The position numbers and the translations under genes were made by a program. A stretch of DNA of 64,000 nt, from the NCBI RefSeq assembly GCF_006345805.1, contig NC_043005.1:20088001-20152000 (forward strand), read 5' to 3'. Each line of letters opens with the position of its first letter. Within the stretch, counting starts at the first letter, position 1. The notes under the pieces are model-generated. The model saw only the letters and a program-made list of their open reading frames with translations, did not search any database and was not told the DNA's origin. This DNA is from Octopus sinensis. Taxonomy: Eukaryota. Shown here in pieces: positions 38,000 through 52,192 of the stretch.

Positions 38000-39358
38000 G
38001 CAAACAATTTCTTTTATTCATTTCAAATAATGTTAATGCAAAGACAGCCATAGAGGCAGACACATATAGACACACACATGGACACGCATACACTTATGTT
38101 CAACGGGTCTCCACTCAGTTTTTCTCTACTAGTTTCACTCACAGGGCAAATCAATATTTGCCCAAAATACCATGCAATGAGATTGAACCTATGACCAAGA
38201 GGTTGTGAAGTAAATTTATTAACTGCAGAGTTACAGCCATGCCTTATTATTCTTTCATTGTTTTGGTAGTGTTTCCAATATATTTCAGTATTTTAATAAA
38301 TTTTCTATTTATTTATTTATTTATTCATATATGTATATGTTAATGAAATGAAGTATAATGGTTGTGTAGTTCAGAGGGTAAAATACTATCCATATGGTCA
38401 TGAATTTAAACACTACTACTACTACTAATACTACTACTACAGCTGTTGTACTGATGGTTTTATTGTTGTTGTTGTTGTTTAACTGCAGGTCAACTCTGAT
38501 CAAATAGACATGATCACAATCAAAAGCATTCCAAAGACATCCAGTCCTTTCATGTATCTGGAACTAAATTGTTTTATGTATTTGTCTGTATTAAGCATGG
38601 TGGGGTGTGATTCGGGAGGGAGATTTGGCAGCTATTTTTAGCATGTCAAGTAATTGTTTAAGGAATCCCTCGTTGGCTTGTAATTTTATTGTCTGATCAG
38701 CTCTATTCAGTACTTCTGTTTATTGTAAACAATTTCTTCAGGTTGTTTTTATTATTTTTCTGTTTTAATTACATGAGAGATTATATTAGTATTTGATCTA
38801 CTTTTACTAAAAGCTCCCATTATTTAAAAATGTTCCCTTTGTTGTTTGAAGCTAAGTTAAAAATACCATTACTCTTGGGAAACATGAGACTGATGAATCA
38901 ATTTCAATAGTTCGAAATAGTGATTACAAACCATTAAGTCTCTGTTTCAATTCCCACTGTCTCCCCCACTATGACAAAAAAAAAAGAATGGCGTGGTGAG
39001 GGGGTTATATTTATTGACTAATAGTCACGAATGGGTTTTATGATATTGTTATTATTATTACTATCATCATTATCATCACGATAGTAATCATCATTATAAT
39101 CCCACCATCATCACCGACTTTATCATCATTACCATCATCAACAGCATTTTCACTGTTATAATCATTTCCAACATTATTATCACATTATTATCATCTTCAC
39201 TATCATCATTACTATATCATCATTATCACCATCGTCATCAGCATTGTCATTGTTATCCTCATTATCATCACCATTGTCATTATAATCATGATCATTGCCA
39301 CTATCATTATCATCAACTCCTGAATTTGTATTTGCTTATGTGGAATGACAACTTTCAG

Positions 39359-39379
39359 CTCTATGCTCCACTACAGAAG
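39359..39379 (+). other. Candidate 21-nt microexon (LYAPLQK)
   Basis: tttgcttatgtggaatgacaactttcag|CTCTATGCTCCACTACAGAAG|gttaga. Confidence 0.12.
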
Positions 39380-41004
39380 GTTAGACATAAAATGATTGTG
39401 TGGCTGATGTGGGTGACCATAAATGCCCCAGTGAGCATTGAAAGGGTTCAGGTGAGCGCTGGTGTCTAAGGGGGAGCGGGTAGAGAAAAGGGAGGCATTG
39501 GGAGGAAGGCAATGGATTGGGGGACGCTATGAATTTATAATATTATTATAGTATTGTATCCAAATTATATGATATTATATTAAATATCAAATAATTCATA
39601 GTATATATAAACTAGTAAAATATAAAATACTTATTTATACATAAAAACAAGAGTGGGAGTGCTGAGGACCATGAGGGGGGGGGGGGGCAAAACGTTGGAT
39701 TCTAATCTGATCTGCATTGGACCCTAATCTGATCTTGAATTCAAATCCACTGCACTCATTTGAATTGGTCCAAAAGATTCCTGTCAGCTATTTAACCAGA
39801 CATGAATAAAGAGTATATGTTTTCCAGCAATGCAGTTTGGGGTTCACTTCCACTGTATGGCACCTTGGGCAAATATCTTCTATCATAGTCCTGAGTCAAC
39901 CAAAGCATTGTGGATGGATTTCATAAATGAAAACTGATAGAAGCCATTGTGTGTGTGTGTGTTTCCTTGTCTTGACATCATATGGTAATTGTAAACAGGC
40001 ACTACTGTCATACAAACAGTATCATTCCTTTCCAATCTTCTCCAAAACATGTCCAGCCATGGGGGAATATTACCTTGTGTAGAAACAAGTGAAAGCTAGC
40101 AACAGGTAGAGCATCCAGCTGTAGATAATCTGCTTCAAGGAATTCTATCCATCCCATACAAACATAGAAAAGTGGACATCACGATGACAAGTACAAACAT
40201 TGGAGGTTGTTATAGTGGTGGTGTCTTCAAATATTTAGTGTACCAATTGTAATGTGTATTCATTATTTGGTATATTGCATGCAAAATATTTTGATATACT
40301 AAATATAAAAATAATAAACTATTCTTATTAATAAAAAATATTTAGTATATCAAATTTATATAAAAATATATTAAAGTATTTAGTATGTTAAAGGCACTAA
40401 TATGTATTGAAATACTAAGCATACAAATGCTGGCTAGTTCTTTAAAAAAAAAAATAATATAATATATATATATATATATATAATATATATGTGTGTGGTG
40501 TGTGTGGTGTGTGTGTGTGTGTGTGTATATATAGATTTAGTGTGTAACAAAAATCAGAAGCTGGCATGGAGTGAATCCTAAGTTGTTAACATTAAGGTAT
40601 GAATATCAAATTGAGGCATTGATATAATCTTTCATAAGATCCTTTTTCAGTTGATACCATTTCTGTGATACTGGGAATAAACAACTTACAGTCACATCTG
40701 GATTTACTCATAATTAGCTCATTTGCATAATTTATGTCGATAGTGATGTGCAAGATAGCATGTACAAGACATCTCAATCAACTGGAATATATTTGTCCCT
40801 TAGTTGGAAAAAAGAACAAAATCTATTAGCAATTGATATATTTTTAGCTGAAATATTTCCTGACACTAAAAGGAGCTCAAACAGCTCTGATGTTTGTGAT
40901 GTAGTTAAGGTTGTGTTTTATATGTTTGTGCGTATGTGTGTATATATACATACTCACACACATATATGCACTCAGATATACACATGTACTCTCACACACA
41001 CACA

Positions 41005-41185
41005 CACGCAGAGGATTGATTATCTTTCGCATAATTGACAGTATGCTCCTAACAGTTTCATGACAAACATAATCATTCACACACCACGTTTCAACTGTCT
41101 CTTGAAAACAATGTTGATACATGAGGCCTGAACAGTGTCATCAACATGAAACTATTAGTATCCTACTGTGTTTAATTTGTATTCT
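41005..41185 (+). repeat. Dispersed repeat with degenerate hammerhead-like motifs; inverted copy at 43570-43745
   Basis: CTGAACA-GTGT(catca)ACAT-GAAAC-tatta-GTA. The reverse complement aligns with 43570-43745. Confidence 0.5.
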
Positions 41186-41299
41186 TTTATTTTGAAACAC
41201 ATTACTCTGCATTTTTACAGCAAGTGATATAATCTTTGATATTGTTAATCAATATCATTATGATGTATACGTATATACTAGGCCTTATATACAGGTCTC

Positions 41300-41371
<72 letters not shown>

Positions 41372-41664
41372 AAAGCACCATCCATTCATGGCTATTGCCA
41401 GCCTCGCCTGGCCCCCATGCCGGTGGCACATAAAAAGCACCATCCGATCGTGGCCGTTTGCCAGACTCGTCTTGCACCTGTGCCGGTGGCACGTAAAAAG
41501 CACCCACTACACTCATGGAGTGGTTGGCGTTAGGAAGGGCATCCAGCCGTAGAAACATTGCCAGATCAAATTTGGCCTGGTGCAGCCTTCTGGCTTCCCA
41601 GACCCCAGTTGAACCGTCCAACCCATGCTAGCATGGAAAGCGGACGCTAAACGATGATGATGAT
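41372..41664 (+). mobile_element. RTE-LINE 3'UTR fragment (family B)
   Basis: gtgccggtggcac.taaaaagcacc tandem units, then ccaacccatgctagcatggaaagcggacg and a (GAT)n tail. Confidence 0.9.
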
Positions 41665-42134
41665 ATATATATATATATACATACGTATGTGTGTGTGTGT
41701 ATAAAAATGTGATTTTACATTATTTGTATTTCCTTCTGGCTGGCTATTTCATATTCATCTTGGAAGCAGGGTAAATACACAACACCAATGAGCTGCAAAA
41801 TACCAATATTTGCCGTTCTCCTTCACTTCTGGGATAATTTTGTTTCACTTAGTTTTGAATTATACCATGCTTTTTAACTCCATGCATCTTGAAAGGGGCC
41901 TCCCTTTGATAAAACTCCACTACTACTAGCTACTATTAGGTCCTTTATAAACACGTAATAACTAATTATTAAAGTAGAAAAATTATCTGAAAAGTAATTT
42001 CTATTCATTTTTTCAAATATATAATACTATAACAAGGACTTTCTATTTCTTATTCTACTATATATATATATATAATATATATATATATTATATATATATA
42101 TATATATATACCAATAATATATACATAATTATAA

Positions 42135-42345
42135 TTGCAGTGTGGAAGGTGTTTATAAGCCATTTAAGAAACACACAAAACCGTTAGATTGCAGCACAAA
42201 GTTTTGTCAGTGAACAGGTTGCGGTCTCAAAGCGACAAAAATATTTTGACAAATTAAATTTAAATGTTGAAGTGAATCTAACGGTTTTGTGTGTTTCTTA
42301 AATGGCTTATAAACACCTTCCACTTGCAAGTACATCTCCATAAAA
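42135..42345. mobile_element. Fold-back Penelope-like terminal remnant in (TA)n
   Basis: Arms 42135-42190 and 42275-42329 contain a perfect 49-bp core GTGGAAGGTG...CCGTTAGATT; there is an internal TTTTGTC...GACAAAA stem. Confidence 0.65.
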
Positions 42346-42991
42346 CATAATTATATATATATATATATACATAATTGTTTATGGGGGACCAATTCACTAA
42401 GGAAGATCGATAGAGATTTTGCGCTAGCATCTATATAATGACTTTTAGAGAGAAGGGGGAGGATGCTGATAGACAAAGAGAAAGTTTGACTTCTGTGGAG
42501 TAATGGTTTGTATAGTTGCCTGGTAAAGTAACGGAGGAGCACTGCGATTGATATCATTGACTTTGTTAGTTTTCAGTTTCCGGTGGAGTTTACACATGTT
42601 TAAGCATGTGCCGTTTCATACATAAACAAACTCACATGGAAATAATGAATCACTGTTGATTCCTATTATGACTTCCAGTTATTTTATCAGTAGAACAGCC
42701 TATTCATTGAATTAGTATGTCCACTGAGTATTCCACAGACACATGAAGCCTTTACATTATTGTCAGGGAGAACTGAAATGCTAGTGTTGACCTTTTCAAA
42801 TATCAGGCACAGTCCATTGGACAGGTTTTCAAACACATTGTCTCCAACCAATTTCATTCATAAGATTTCATTTAAAGTGAGGCCTTTGTAAAATACATTC
42901 ACCCAAGATGTTATACACAGGAAATAAACTACTTAGCCATTCAACCATGCCTGCAACCACTCACTCATAGTCATTCATACATGTATTATAG

Positions 42992-43030
<39 letters not shown>

Positions 43031-43054
43031 GTGTGTGTGTGTGTATGTTTGTAT

Positions 43055-43091
<37 letters not shown>

Positions 43092-43101
<10 letters not shown>

Positions 43102-43318
43102 TATTTGAGACAAACCACTTTTTGCAAAACAAACAAGGAAAGACTTAATCATTGACTATTTATTAATTTTATGTATTGATTAAGTCTTCCTTGTTGTTTT
43201 GCAAAATAGTGTTTTGTCTCAAATAATATTTTATAATATTTTATATAAAATTGGATTTAATCTAAATCTGATTTTTTTTCCCTGTAAATTTGGATATATT
43301 CCCTAATATTTATTATTA
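43092..43318 (+). mobile_element. Shorter member of the 2189-2830 Penelope-like family, also fold-back
   Basis: Arms 43092-43151 and 43176-43234, with the same outer inversion boundary and the same tail as 2189-2830. The hammerhead region is absent. Confidence 0.85.
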
Positions 43319-43325
43319 TATATTT

Positions 43326-43356
<31 letters not shown>

Positions 43357-43410
43357 GTATGTGTGTATATATATATATATAATAATATATATATATATAT
43401 ATGTATGTGT

Positions 43411-43479
<69 letters not shown>

Positions 43480-44000
43480 GTAATATAACACATATATATA
43501 TTGTTTATTGGAGTTGATTGATGATATCAAAGACCATATCACTCAATACAGAAATGTAGAGTAATGTATTTAGATATGAAACAATTCAAATTAAACACAG
43601 TAGGTTACTGATAGTTTCATGTTGATGACTTCATGTCTCAACAGTGTTTTCAAAAGATAATTGAAACATGGGGTGTGAAAGATTACATTTGCTATGAAAC
43701 TATTAGGAGCACTCTGCCAAAGACAATCAATCATGTGTGCGTGTATATGTAAATATATATATATATAAGTAAATATTTCATTATCTCAGTTTTATTTGGC
43801 TCCTTTCCGACTTATATCCTAACTCTAAATTTCTGCAACATTATATTTGGTTAAATATGCAATATTAAAGTGTGAGTGTTTTATGTGACATAGACATGGT
43901 ATCCTAATACTTATGGTAACATGGGATACATTTAAATCATATCTTAAATTTTGAGTCTGCATGCACATGTGTGCATGTGTGTGTGTCTGTATGTGACGAT

Positions 44001-44352
44001 GACACATGGCTATGTTGTAAGAAGCTTGCTTCCCAACCATATAGTTCTGGGCTCAGTCCCACTGCATGGCACCTTGGGCAAGTGTCTTCTACTACAGCCT
44101 CAGGCTGACCAAAGCTTGTGAGTAGATGGAAACTGAAAGAAGCCCATCATCATCATCGTGTTTGTTCCCCACACAGCTTGACAACTGGTGTTGGTGAGTT
44201 TATGTCCCTGTTCAGCAAAAGAGGCTGATAGAACAATTACCAAGCTTATGAAGAAATAAGTAATGGGGTCAATTCATTTGACTAAAAACTCTTCAAGGTG
44301 CAGCCCCAGCATGGCTACAGTCTAATGACTAAAACAAGTAAAAGATAAAAGA
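44001..44352 (+). mobile_element. SINE family A (older copy)
   Basis: Similar to 27824-28256. Confidence 0.75.
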
Positions 44353-44373
44353 TATATATAAAATATGTGTGAC

Positions 44374-44405
<32 letters not shown>

Positions 44406-44789
44406 CGTGCATGCGAGCATGGCCAATTGACTGAAGAACCCACTTCACAATTAAGCAGACAGACTCATTTTTACTGCATGTCACTTTGGGCAAGTGCTTT
44501 TTACTATAGCTTTGTATTTACCCAAACCTGTAAGAGTACTTCCTCTGTATTTGCTCAGAATGTAAGAAATAGTTGTCAAATTTCTCTGAAATTACATTTT
44601 CTGTGTTAAAAGAGACGTCATATTAGATAATGTTGTGATGGAAATGCTTATACATCTATCTTTATTTATAGCAGGCATTTGGTTCCAAAACACAATGTGT
44701 TTAATTAAATCAGGGATTAATGAATAATAGAACGTATGGCAGTTGCAAAACAACAAGGAATCAAAACCAGATTGATGAGTTTCAACAGT

Positions 44790-45000
44790 TAGGATTTTGC
44801 CAGCCTTGCCTGGCACCTGTGCCAGTGGCACGTAAAAAGCACCCACTACACTCACGGAGTGGTTGGCGTTAGGAAGGGCATCCAGCTGTAGAAACACTGC
44901 CAGATCAGACTGGAACCTGGTGCAGCCTCCTGGCTTCCCAGACCCCGGTCGAACCATCCAACCCATGCTAGCATGGAAAACGGACATTAAATGATGATGA
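44790..45000 (+). mobile_element. RTE-LINE 3'UTR fragment (family B)
   Basis: Same 3' end as 41372-41664. Confidence 0.9.
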
Positions 45001-45888
45001 TTAGTAATGCCTGTGGTCAACTAGCCAGTCTGATCCCTGGCTAAAATCACTGTGTCAGCACAAATGTGAGTCACCCAAATATCAATCACATCATCAAAGA
45101 AACTGACCATTTAGACATCTGGTCAACAAGATCTGGTCTGCAAGTTTGTTTTGTTTTTGTTCTTTTCCTTTGCACCCCTTTTTTTTTTGTTTCTTGGACA
45201 GACTTATTCCATAAATAGAATTCTTGTATCACACGGAGGGTGTTTGATTCTACTGTCGTACTGCTAAACACAACCACTCACTCCCTATCTCATTATTGCA
45301 CTGTTCTGTTATTCATAGTGCTGATATCCTATAATTTGTTAACGATAAAGAAATAAATATTTTTTCATTTAAAATGTGTGTTCATTCAAGTATTATCAAC
45401 TCAATACCAAACTGTTACATTGTTGACACACAGAGAAACATCTTTTCATTACACTGGTGACCATCACGTGATTAATATTTGGGCAAATCATGTGATTTCT
45501 GCTAGAGATCAGATTGGTTAGTCGACCACTGATGTCACTGATCCCTATCACAAATCCTGATTGTCAAAGCTTAGCAACCCTGTTTCAATTCCCATGTGTG
45601 TATGTGTCTTGTGGCTGCCAAATATTCCTTTTACATGCACAAATTGCAATTTTCACCTAATCTTTCAGCTTGTGTAAAGAGGGTCGCTGAAGGCATTTAT
45701 AGAAAAGTTATTAAAGAGAATGCACAGTGTAGGACTGGGAAAATGAGGCACAACTTTTGGGGTTGGGAGAAAGGGGAATGCCTTGTGAGGCTAGAAGGGG
45801 CACACAATGATGGACTGATAGAAGGGACTTAATTGTACTACTGGCCTAGCCCTTATCATCAGAGAGAAAGACCAAACAGATATTCTCT

Positions 45889-45969
<81 letters not shown>

Positions 45970-46913
45970 GACAGAGTGCAAAACATATTTCTAGCATAAA
46001 CTATTTGTATTTTTTGCCAATGCAGCACATCCCTGGTTTCTTTGTATTTTACTGGAGTCCAAAATAATAAAAGATGAAGTGATGATAGCTGGAACACATT
46101 TGATCATATATCTGCTTGACCAGTGTTAATCTGAAGATAAATTACACCACCACCAACAACAACAACAACATCATTATCATCACTACAACTATCACACACC
46201 TCCCACCCCCATTAATCTATCCCCCTATACCTTTCTCTTATTCACCTTGTTTACATACTTTCTCAAAGCTTAAAAAGCACCACTGCCTTCTATGTCTCTC
46301 TGTCTGTCACTCTCTCTCTCTCTCTTCTTTCTCCTTTTCCCTCCCTTAAACTCACACACACACACACATACACACTCACTCACTTATTCATGAAGAGTCT
46401 GGACCCAAAATGTTAAAAATCTTCACTCTTCACACCAATTAACCTTATCGAACTCTGTATGATCTTTTCAATGTACCTATTGAAGAGGATTGCCATAAAA
46501 CTCCCTTCTCCCCTGCGGCACACACCACACACCCCGCTTACATACTGCTTAGTCTCCACTCCATTTTCATGCCACATTAACATATACCAGTCCTCTGTTT
46601 GTGTTTCAGCATTACACTTGTTTAGTCTCTGCTAGGATGCTATTTATTGCATTTCCTCCCCCTCTCAATACACCTCCTCTCTCTCTCTGTTTTTCTCTCT
46701 TTCCCCTTTCTCTCTCTTTCTCTTTCTCTTTTAACACACACGTGCTCTCACACACACACACATACCTATACACATACACATACACGCTGACTTATGTCTA
46801 TTTTAGGCTCATGGTAAAACTAGCAGACATGGATTATATGTCAAAAGCTGCAGGGGTCTTCCTCTATATAGCTACATAATCTATTTATAAAGAATTCCTC
46901 ATAGATTGTGTGT

Positions 46914-46998
<85 letters not shown>

Positions 46999-47103
46999 TG
47001 TAGTGTGTGTGTGTGTGTGTATAAAGGACTAAAAGTTAACTGCTCAGAGGAGGGAATGTGGACCCTCTTTCTCTCTCTCTCTCTCTTTCTATCTATATCT
47101 ATA

Positions 47104-47160
<57 letters not shown>

Positions 47161-48384
47161 ATATATATATTTAGTTGTTTTTATTGCTGCTGCTTTAGTT
47201 ATTGTTTCTATTTCTAGAATGATGTGGAATTCCCCTTTAACTAACTATGCCATGGTCAAATGACTTCCTTCCACAATCAGTAAAAGAACCCAATAGCATT
47301 AACACCTCCACCACACACCACACCACATAGCAAAGGCAAGGAGGAAGGCAGGAGCTTGTTTGGCAAGGTTCTAATTTTAGCTGTTGTGATATAAGAGGAG
47401 GGATTAGGGAACAGATTTGACTGTGGGGGCAGGTGAGTGTGTGAGTGTGTGGGTGAGTGTGTGTGTGGATGCTGTGGAGTGGAGATGTATCTCTTTGTAA
47501 TAAGAGAATTTGATGTAAGGCTCACATTCTTTGCCCAGATATGTTCCCTTTCTTCTCATACTTAATTGGGATTTTTTTTTTATCGTTGTCATTTTGTTGT
47601 AGTCAATTGAATGAAGGAAGGCAGAGGTGGTGGAGTGTTTTTTATTTGCATATCTTTCTAAACATCTCTACTTTTCTACTGCCGTTGTCTCCTTTCTATA
47701 CCATTATTCTAGAAACATCTTAAATACAGTTTCTCATTTCTCAACTTTTCTCTACAGAGAAAATAAAACTGGCAGTGTGAGGATGAGGTGGAGGAGAGTG
47801 ATGAAAAGCTTAGCAACTAATCAAAAAAATGTTATCATCATCATTATTATCATTATCTTCTTTGTTATCTTTGTCATCGTCATATTCATCGCTATCATTT
47901 TCATCTTCATCAACTTCATACCACCATTATAGTCTTCTATCAGCATCAGCATCAACAACCTTTAAACTGCAATTTTTTCATGTTCATATGGGTTGGATAA
48001 GTCTGCTGTACTGTGTATTGCCAGTGTAGCATAGACTCAAGTGAAATTCCTCTCCTCTCTATTATATATACATACTTATGAATGTAGTAGGTAACAGCTA
48101 GCCTTTGGCCACATTTTGGACCCTGTTGTGTCCACTACTCTGATTGATCACACAAGACACAGCCAGTTCCAGCAACAACACAACAGCAGCCATGTTGAGA
48201 CTCACCAACTTCATCCAACAGCATTCGGCGACATCCATCTCCGTCGCCACCATCATCCTAATGTCAACTCTCTATATACACAATTCGACAAGCAACTCGC
48301 CCTGGTTACAACATTGCACTGTTTGTGAATTACACTCACCATGGATCAACAGTGAATATACAACCTGTGAGAACTCCTGTGCCA

Positions 48385-51300
48385 AGTGACCCACATTCTT
48401 CCAATTTTAATCTCCAGATCCTTATATGTTCAGGTTTACAAACATTTTCAGGGATGTGTTTTTATCTGCTGGGGCTTCAACATCAATCAGGAGACAAATC
48501 TTTTCAATATTATTTTTCCCAATGAGATCAGGTTGCTTTGCCTGTATTTCCTGATCAGTTTGAACACTGGAATTCCAAAGGATGGTAACCTCAGCATTCT
48601 GGGCAACTTGCACTCCTGTAAATTGGTTTTGTAAAGGAGGTGGCATGTGTAGCATAGTGACCATTGTTTGTATTGAGCTAATCTGTCATACCTTTGCAAG
48701 TATTCTGTTGGTGTCAGTCTACTGTATCCAGAGGTTATGTGGTTGATCGTCTCTGGGTGCTCTGCATATGCAGCATGATGAGCTATTTTCATGCTTCAGG
48801 ACATTACGCTTGTAATTCTTAGATGGAAGGGACTGGTCCTGAACACCAAGGATATACCCCTCAGTTTCTTGTTTGAAACCAGAGCATGTCAGTCACTGAT
48901 GAGTAAGGGCTTGATTTACATCAGGGTCCCTGATTTTAGTTGAGTATTTACCATACAATAGCCTTTGCTCCCATTTTTTCCTTAATCTATTGGAGGCTGA
49001 TTTGTTTGGTTATGGTGGTTATTTGCTTTTGCCTTGTCTGTTGGGGACACATTTTCTTCGAGTACTGGTTTGTCTAGTTGCATTTCTCAGAGGTATATTT
49101 TCTCATTTCCCATCACTGAGTGCAACTTTTTGGTATTTTCATATGTCAAAACTAGCCTTAACATTCAGTCATTTACTTGTTGCAGGTTGGCAGAAAGTCC
49201 CATGGCTGCAATTTTCAATGACAGTTGCAATTGTATTAACCCCAACCACCTTCTTTACTCAGGAAATATATTCGGTCTTTGTCTGATTTTGAGTGATGCA
49301 TATGATGTATAATATTGAAGCTGTATGAGATTACAGGCACAGCCAGTGTTTGTGGCCATAATTTTGTTTCTGACGTTCAGCTCAGATTTTGGCATTCAGA
49401 TTTTCAGAATGGTTCTTATTCTTCAGTAGCACTCCTTCCTTATCTTTTCTCTCATTAGTGAGTTTAATCCCATCTCCTTCACATACTCCTATAAACTCAT
49501 AACTGCCCTGAGGTTTTAAATATTTTATCACAGTGTCTCTATCTAGGGTATGTTGCATGAATTTGATAGTTTTCCCTTGGTAAATATAGCCTTGATACAT
49601 TTGTCAAGCTCAAATTCCATTTTGATATCATCACTAAATTGTGTAACTGTATAAAGGAGTGCTAGTAGTTGTTAATCATTTTTTGCAAACAGTTTCAAAT
49701 CATCCATACACCCTGTATCCATAATTTGTTTCATTCAGGAATTTACTTAGAGGAAATAGTTTTAAGCAGAATAACAAAGAGTTAATGAGTCTCTTTGAAT
49801 GATTCCACAATTAATATTAAGTTGTCCATCAGTTATATTTGTAGTGTCAATGTTGAGAGTTAATGCTGTTTTCCAGAGCTTCATGGTGTAAGATACAAAA
49901 TTCCCGATTACTATTGAAATTTTGAACATCTCCAAGCATTCTTTTATCCAGCTGTGAGGAATAGTATTAAAGACCTTCTTGTAGGCTGTCAATGCCACCA
50001 AGAGATATTTTTTCCTGTTGTAACAATTCTCAAAAATCACTTTATTAATTGACAGTTGATCCCTGCAACCATAAGACCCACGCTTACACCCTTTTTGTTC
50101 ATCAGGAAGGTGTTTTTAATGAGAAAAGCATATGTGTATTCCATTAGGAGAAATGTAAGGGTTTTGTACAGTGTTGTAAGGTGCATTAAGGGTCTGTAAT
50201 CCTCAGAGGTTTTATTGTCTCATCATTTTGAGGAAAAAGTGATACTATTGGCCAGCTATTCTGAGGTCATCTGCAGTCCCTTCATAATTGCACTGTAACA
50301 AGTTAGTTCCTTGTGTGGGTTTGTAAACATATTGAGTCAATAGTCTGGGATCTTATCTATACCAGATGACTTCTGTTTATTGTACTTTTTAATGTAAGTC
50401 TAACAACTTCAAAATGAATTTCTTCCCATATTTGCTTTTCTATAAGCTTAGTGTCTTTTTTTTTTTTTATGTCTATTAACCAATGAGACATCAAAGTTTT
50501 GCTCCTTTCCAGCTACCAAAATTTTCCTCCAGAACTCCAGTATCTCACACACTGAAGGGACTTTTATTTTGGTGTTCTTTCTAATATGTCAATAGGCGCA
50601 GGAGTGGCTGTGTGGTAAGTAGCTTGCTAACCAACCACATGGTTCCGGGTTCAGTCCCACTGTGTGGCACCTTGGGCAAGTGTCTTCTGCTATAGCCCTG
50701 GGCCGACCAATGCCTTGTGAGTGGATTTGGTAGACGGAAACTGAAAGAAGCCTGTCGTATATATGTATGTGTGTGTGTGTGTCTGTGTGTGTCTGTGTTT
50801 GTCCCCCTAGCATTGCTTGACAACCGATGCTGGTATGCTTACGTCCCTGTCACTTAGCGGTTCGGCAAAAGAGATCCGATAGAATAAGTCCCGGGGGGTC
50901 GAGTTGCTCGACTAAAGGCGGTGCTCCAGCATGGCCGCAGTCAAATGACTGAAACAAGTAAAAGAGAGAAAAAGAGAAAAGAGAGTAAAGAACATTTTTG
51001 GATTATTTTTAAACATGCTGTTATCTTTGAAGAACCTAGAACATTTTTCAAGGCTTTATGTCAGGGTTTTCTTCTCTCCAAATTCTGTATATTCATTCAG
51101 TGTTTCAGAAGTCTGATGGTTGAAACATGGTGGTGTAGTAAGCCCCAATAATCTGCTTATCTTCACTGGACCATTTCTAGCTTTTGATTTGATTGGTGCT
51201 TGCAAGTGTCAGGTATGGAGGGCCTGCAGATGGACTTGTCCTGTTGTGAGAGACTTCCAGACTCATGTTACTGGGGAGGTTTGAACCAGTAGTGAACTCT

Positions 51301-51500
51301 TTTCCCCCTGATTGGGTCTGCTCAGAGCGATGCAGCCTTTGTTCACCCGGCCAAAGACCGATCAGGTATAGATTCTGCTTTGTTGAGTTTTGGCTTGTTG
51401 CCATTAAAACGACATTGGCATTAGGAGACGTGTCTGTCTATCTAGAGTTGATTTTTTTGACAGAACACAACTCCCAAGTTCTTTGAATGGATATGTTTCT
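48385..51500 (-). mobile_element. Decayed R2-superfamily (R4/Dong-like) non-LTR retrotransposon with RT and restriction-like endonuclease
   Basis: Fragments KWSSEDKQIIGAYY (N-terminal), YKKVFNTIPHSWI..CL, GIIQRDSL (GIFQGDSL), MDDLK, ETINHITSG...Y..RYD (CCHC knuckle region), ILWNSSVQTD..I....PDL and LIDV..PAD. Many stops and frameshifts. Confidence 0.85.
50592..50990 (+). mobile_element. SINE family A nested in the R4-like LINE
   Basis: Full head to tail; near-identical to other family A copies. Confidence 0.92.
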
Positions 51501-51585
51501 CATATTGTAATTGCATGGGGCTTGCAGAACAAAATTTCCCTCTATATTTTTTTGGTAGATATATCTACATAACTGTTATTTATTA

Positions 51586-51646
<61 letters not shown>

Positions 51647-52134
51647 CATCATCATCATCATCATCATCCAAAATTTCAGGCCTTGTGCCTATTATAGAAA
51701 GGATGATTATTATTATTATTATTATTGAGTGAGAGAGCATACCATCAAAGTGACACTGGGGTAAAATATACGAAGCGCAGTATACCCATCATAACTACCT
51801 GTCTGATAAGGGTACACAAGGCACATGCATCACAACCATATGTGCACGACATGGTGATCTCATTAAGATAAATGGAGCATGACCTTCCAGGTGGGGCCCA
51901 GTTATAATTTTCTACAGGTTGAGTAGCCCATCCCACTCAAAAGATCCCTGAATAATGAAAAATATTACATTATAGTATATAATATTTTTGAAACATTATC
52001 ATTATGAAAATGTTTTACTGATGCGTTAATCTTATACAATCTATTAGTCAAGTTTATCTTGTATTTCACAATTAATATTTACTTTATTTTCTCATGTTCA
52101 TTAATAATTCAATGAATTTTCAAACACATAACAC

Positions 52135-52192
<58 letters not shown>

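Noticed and set aside
46807-46896. Possible terminal exon (RLMVKLADMDYMSKAAGVFLYIAT*)
   Set aside because: An acceptor is present but there is no partner exon or homology, so it is indistinguishable from chance.
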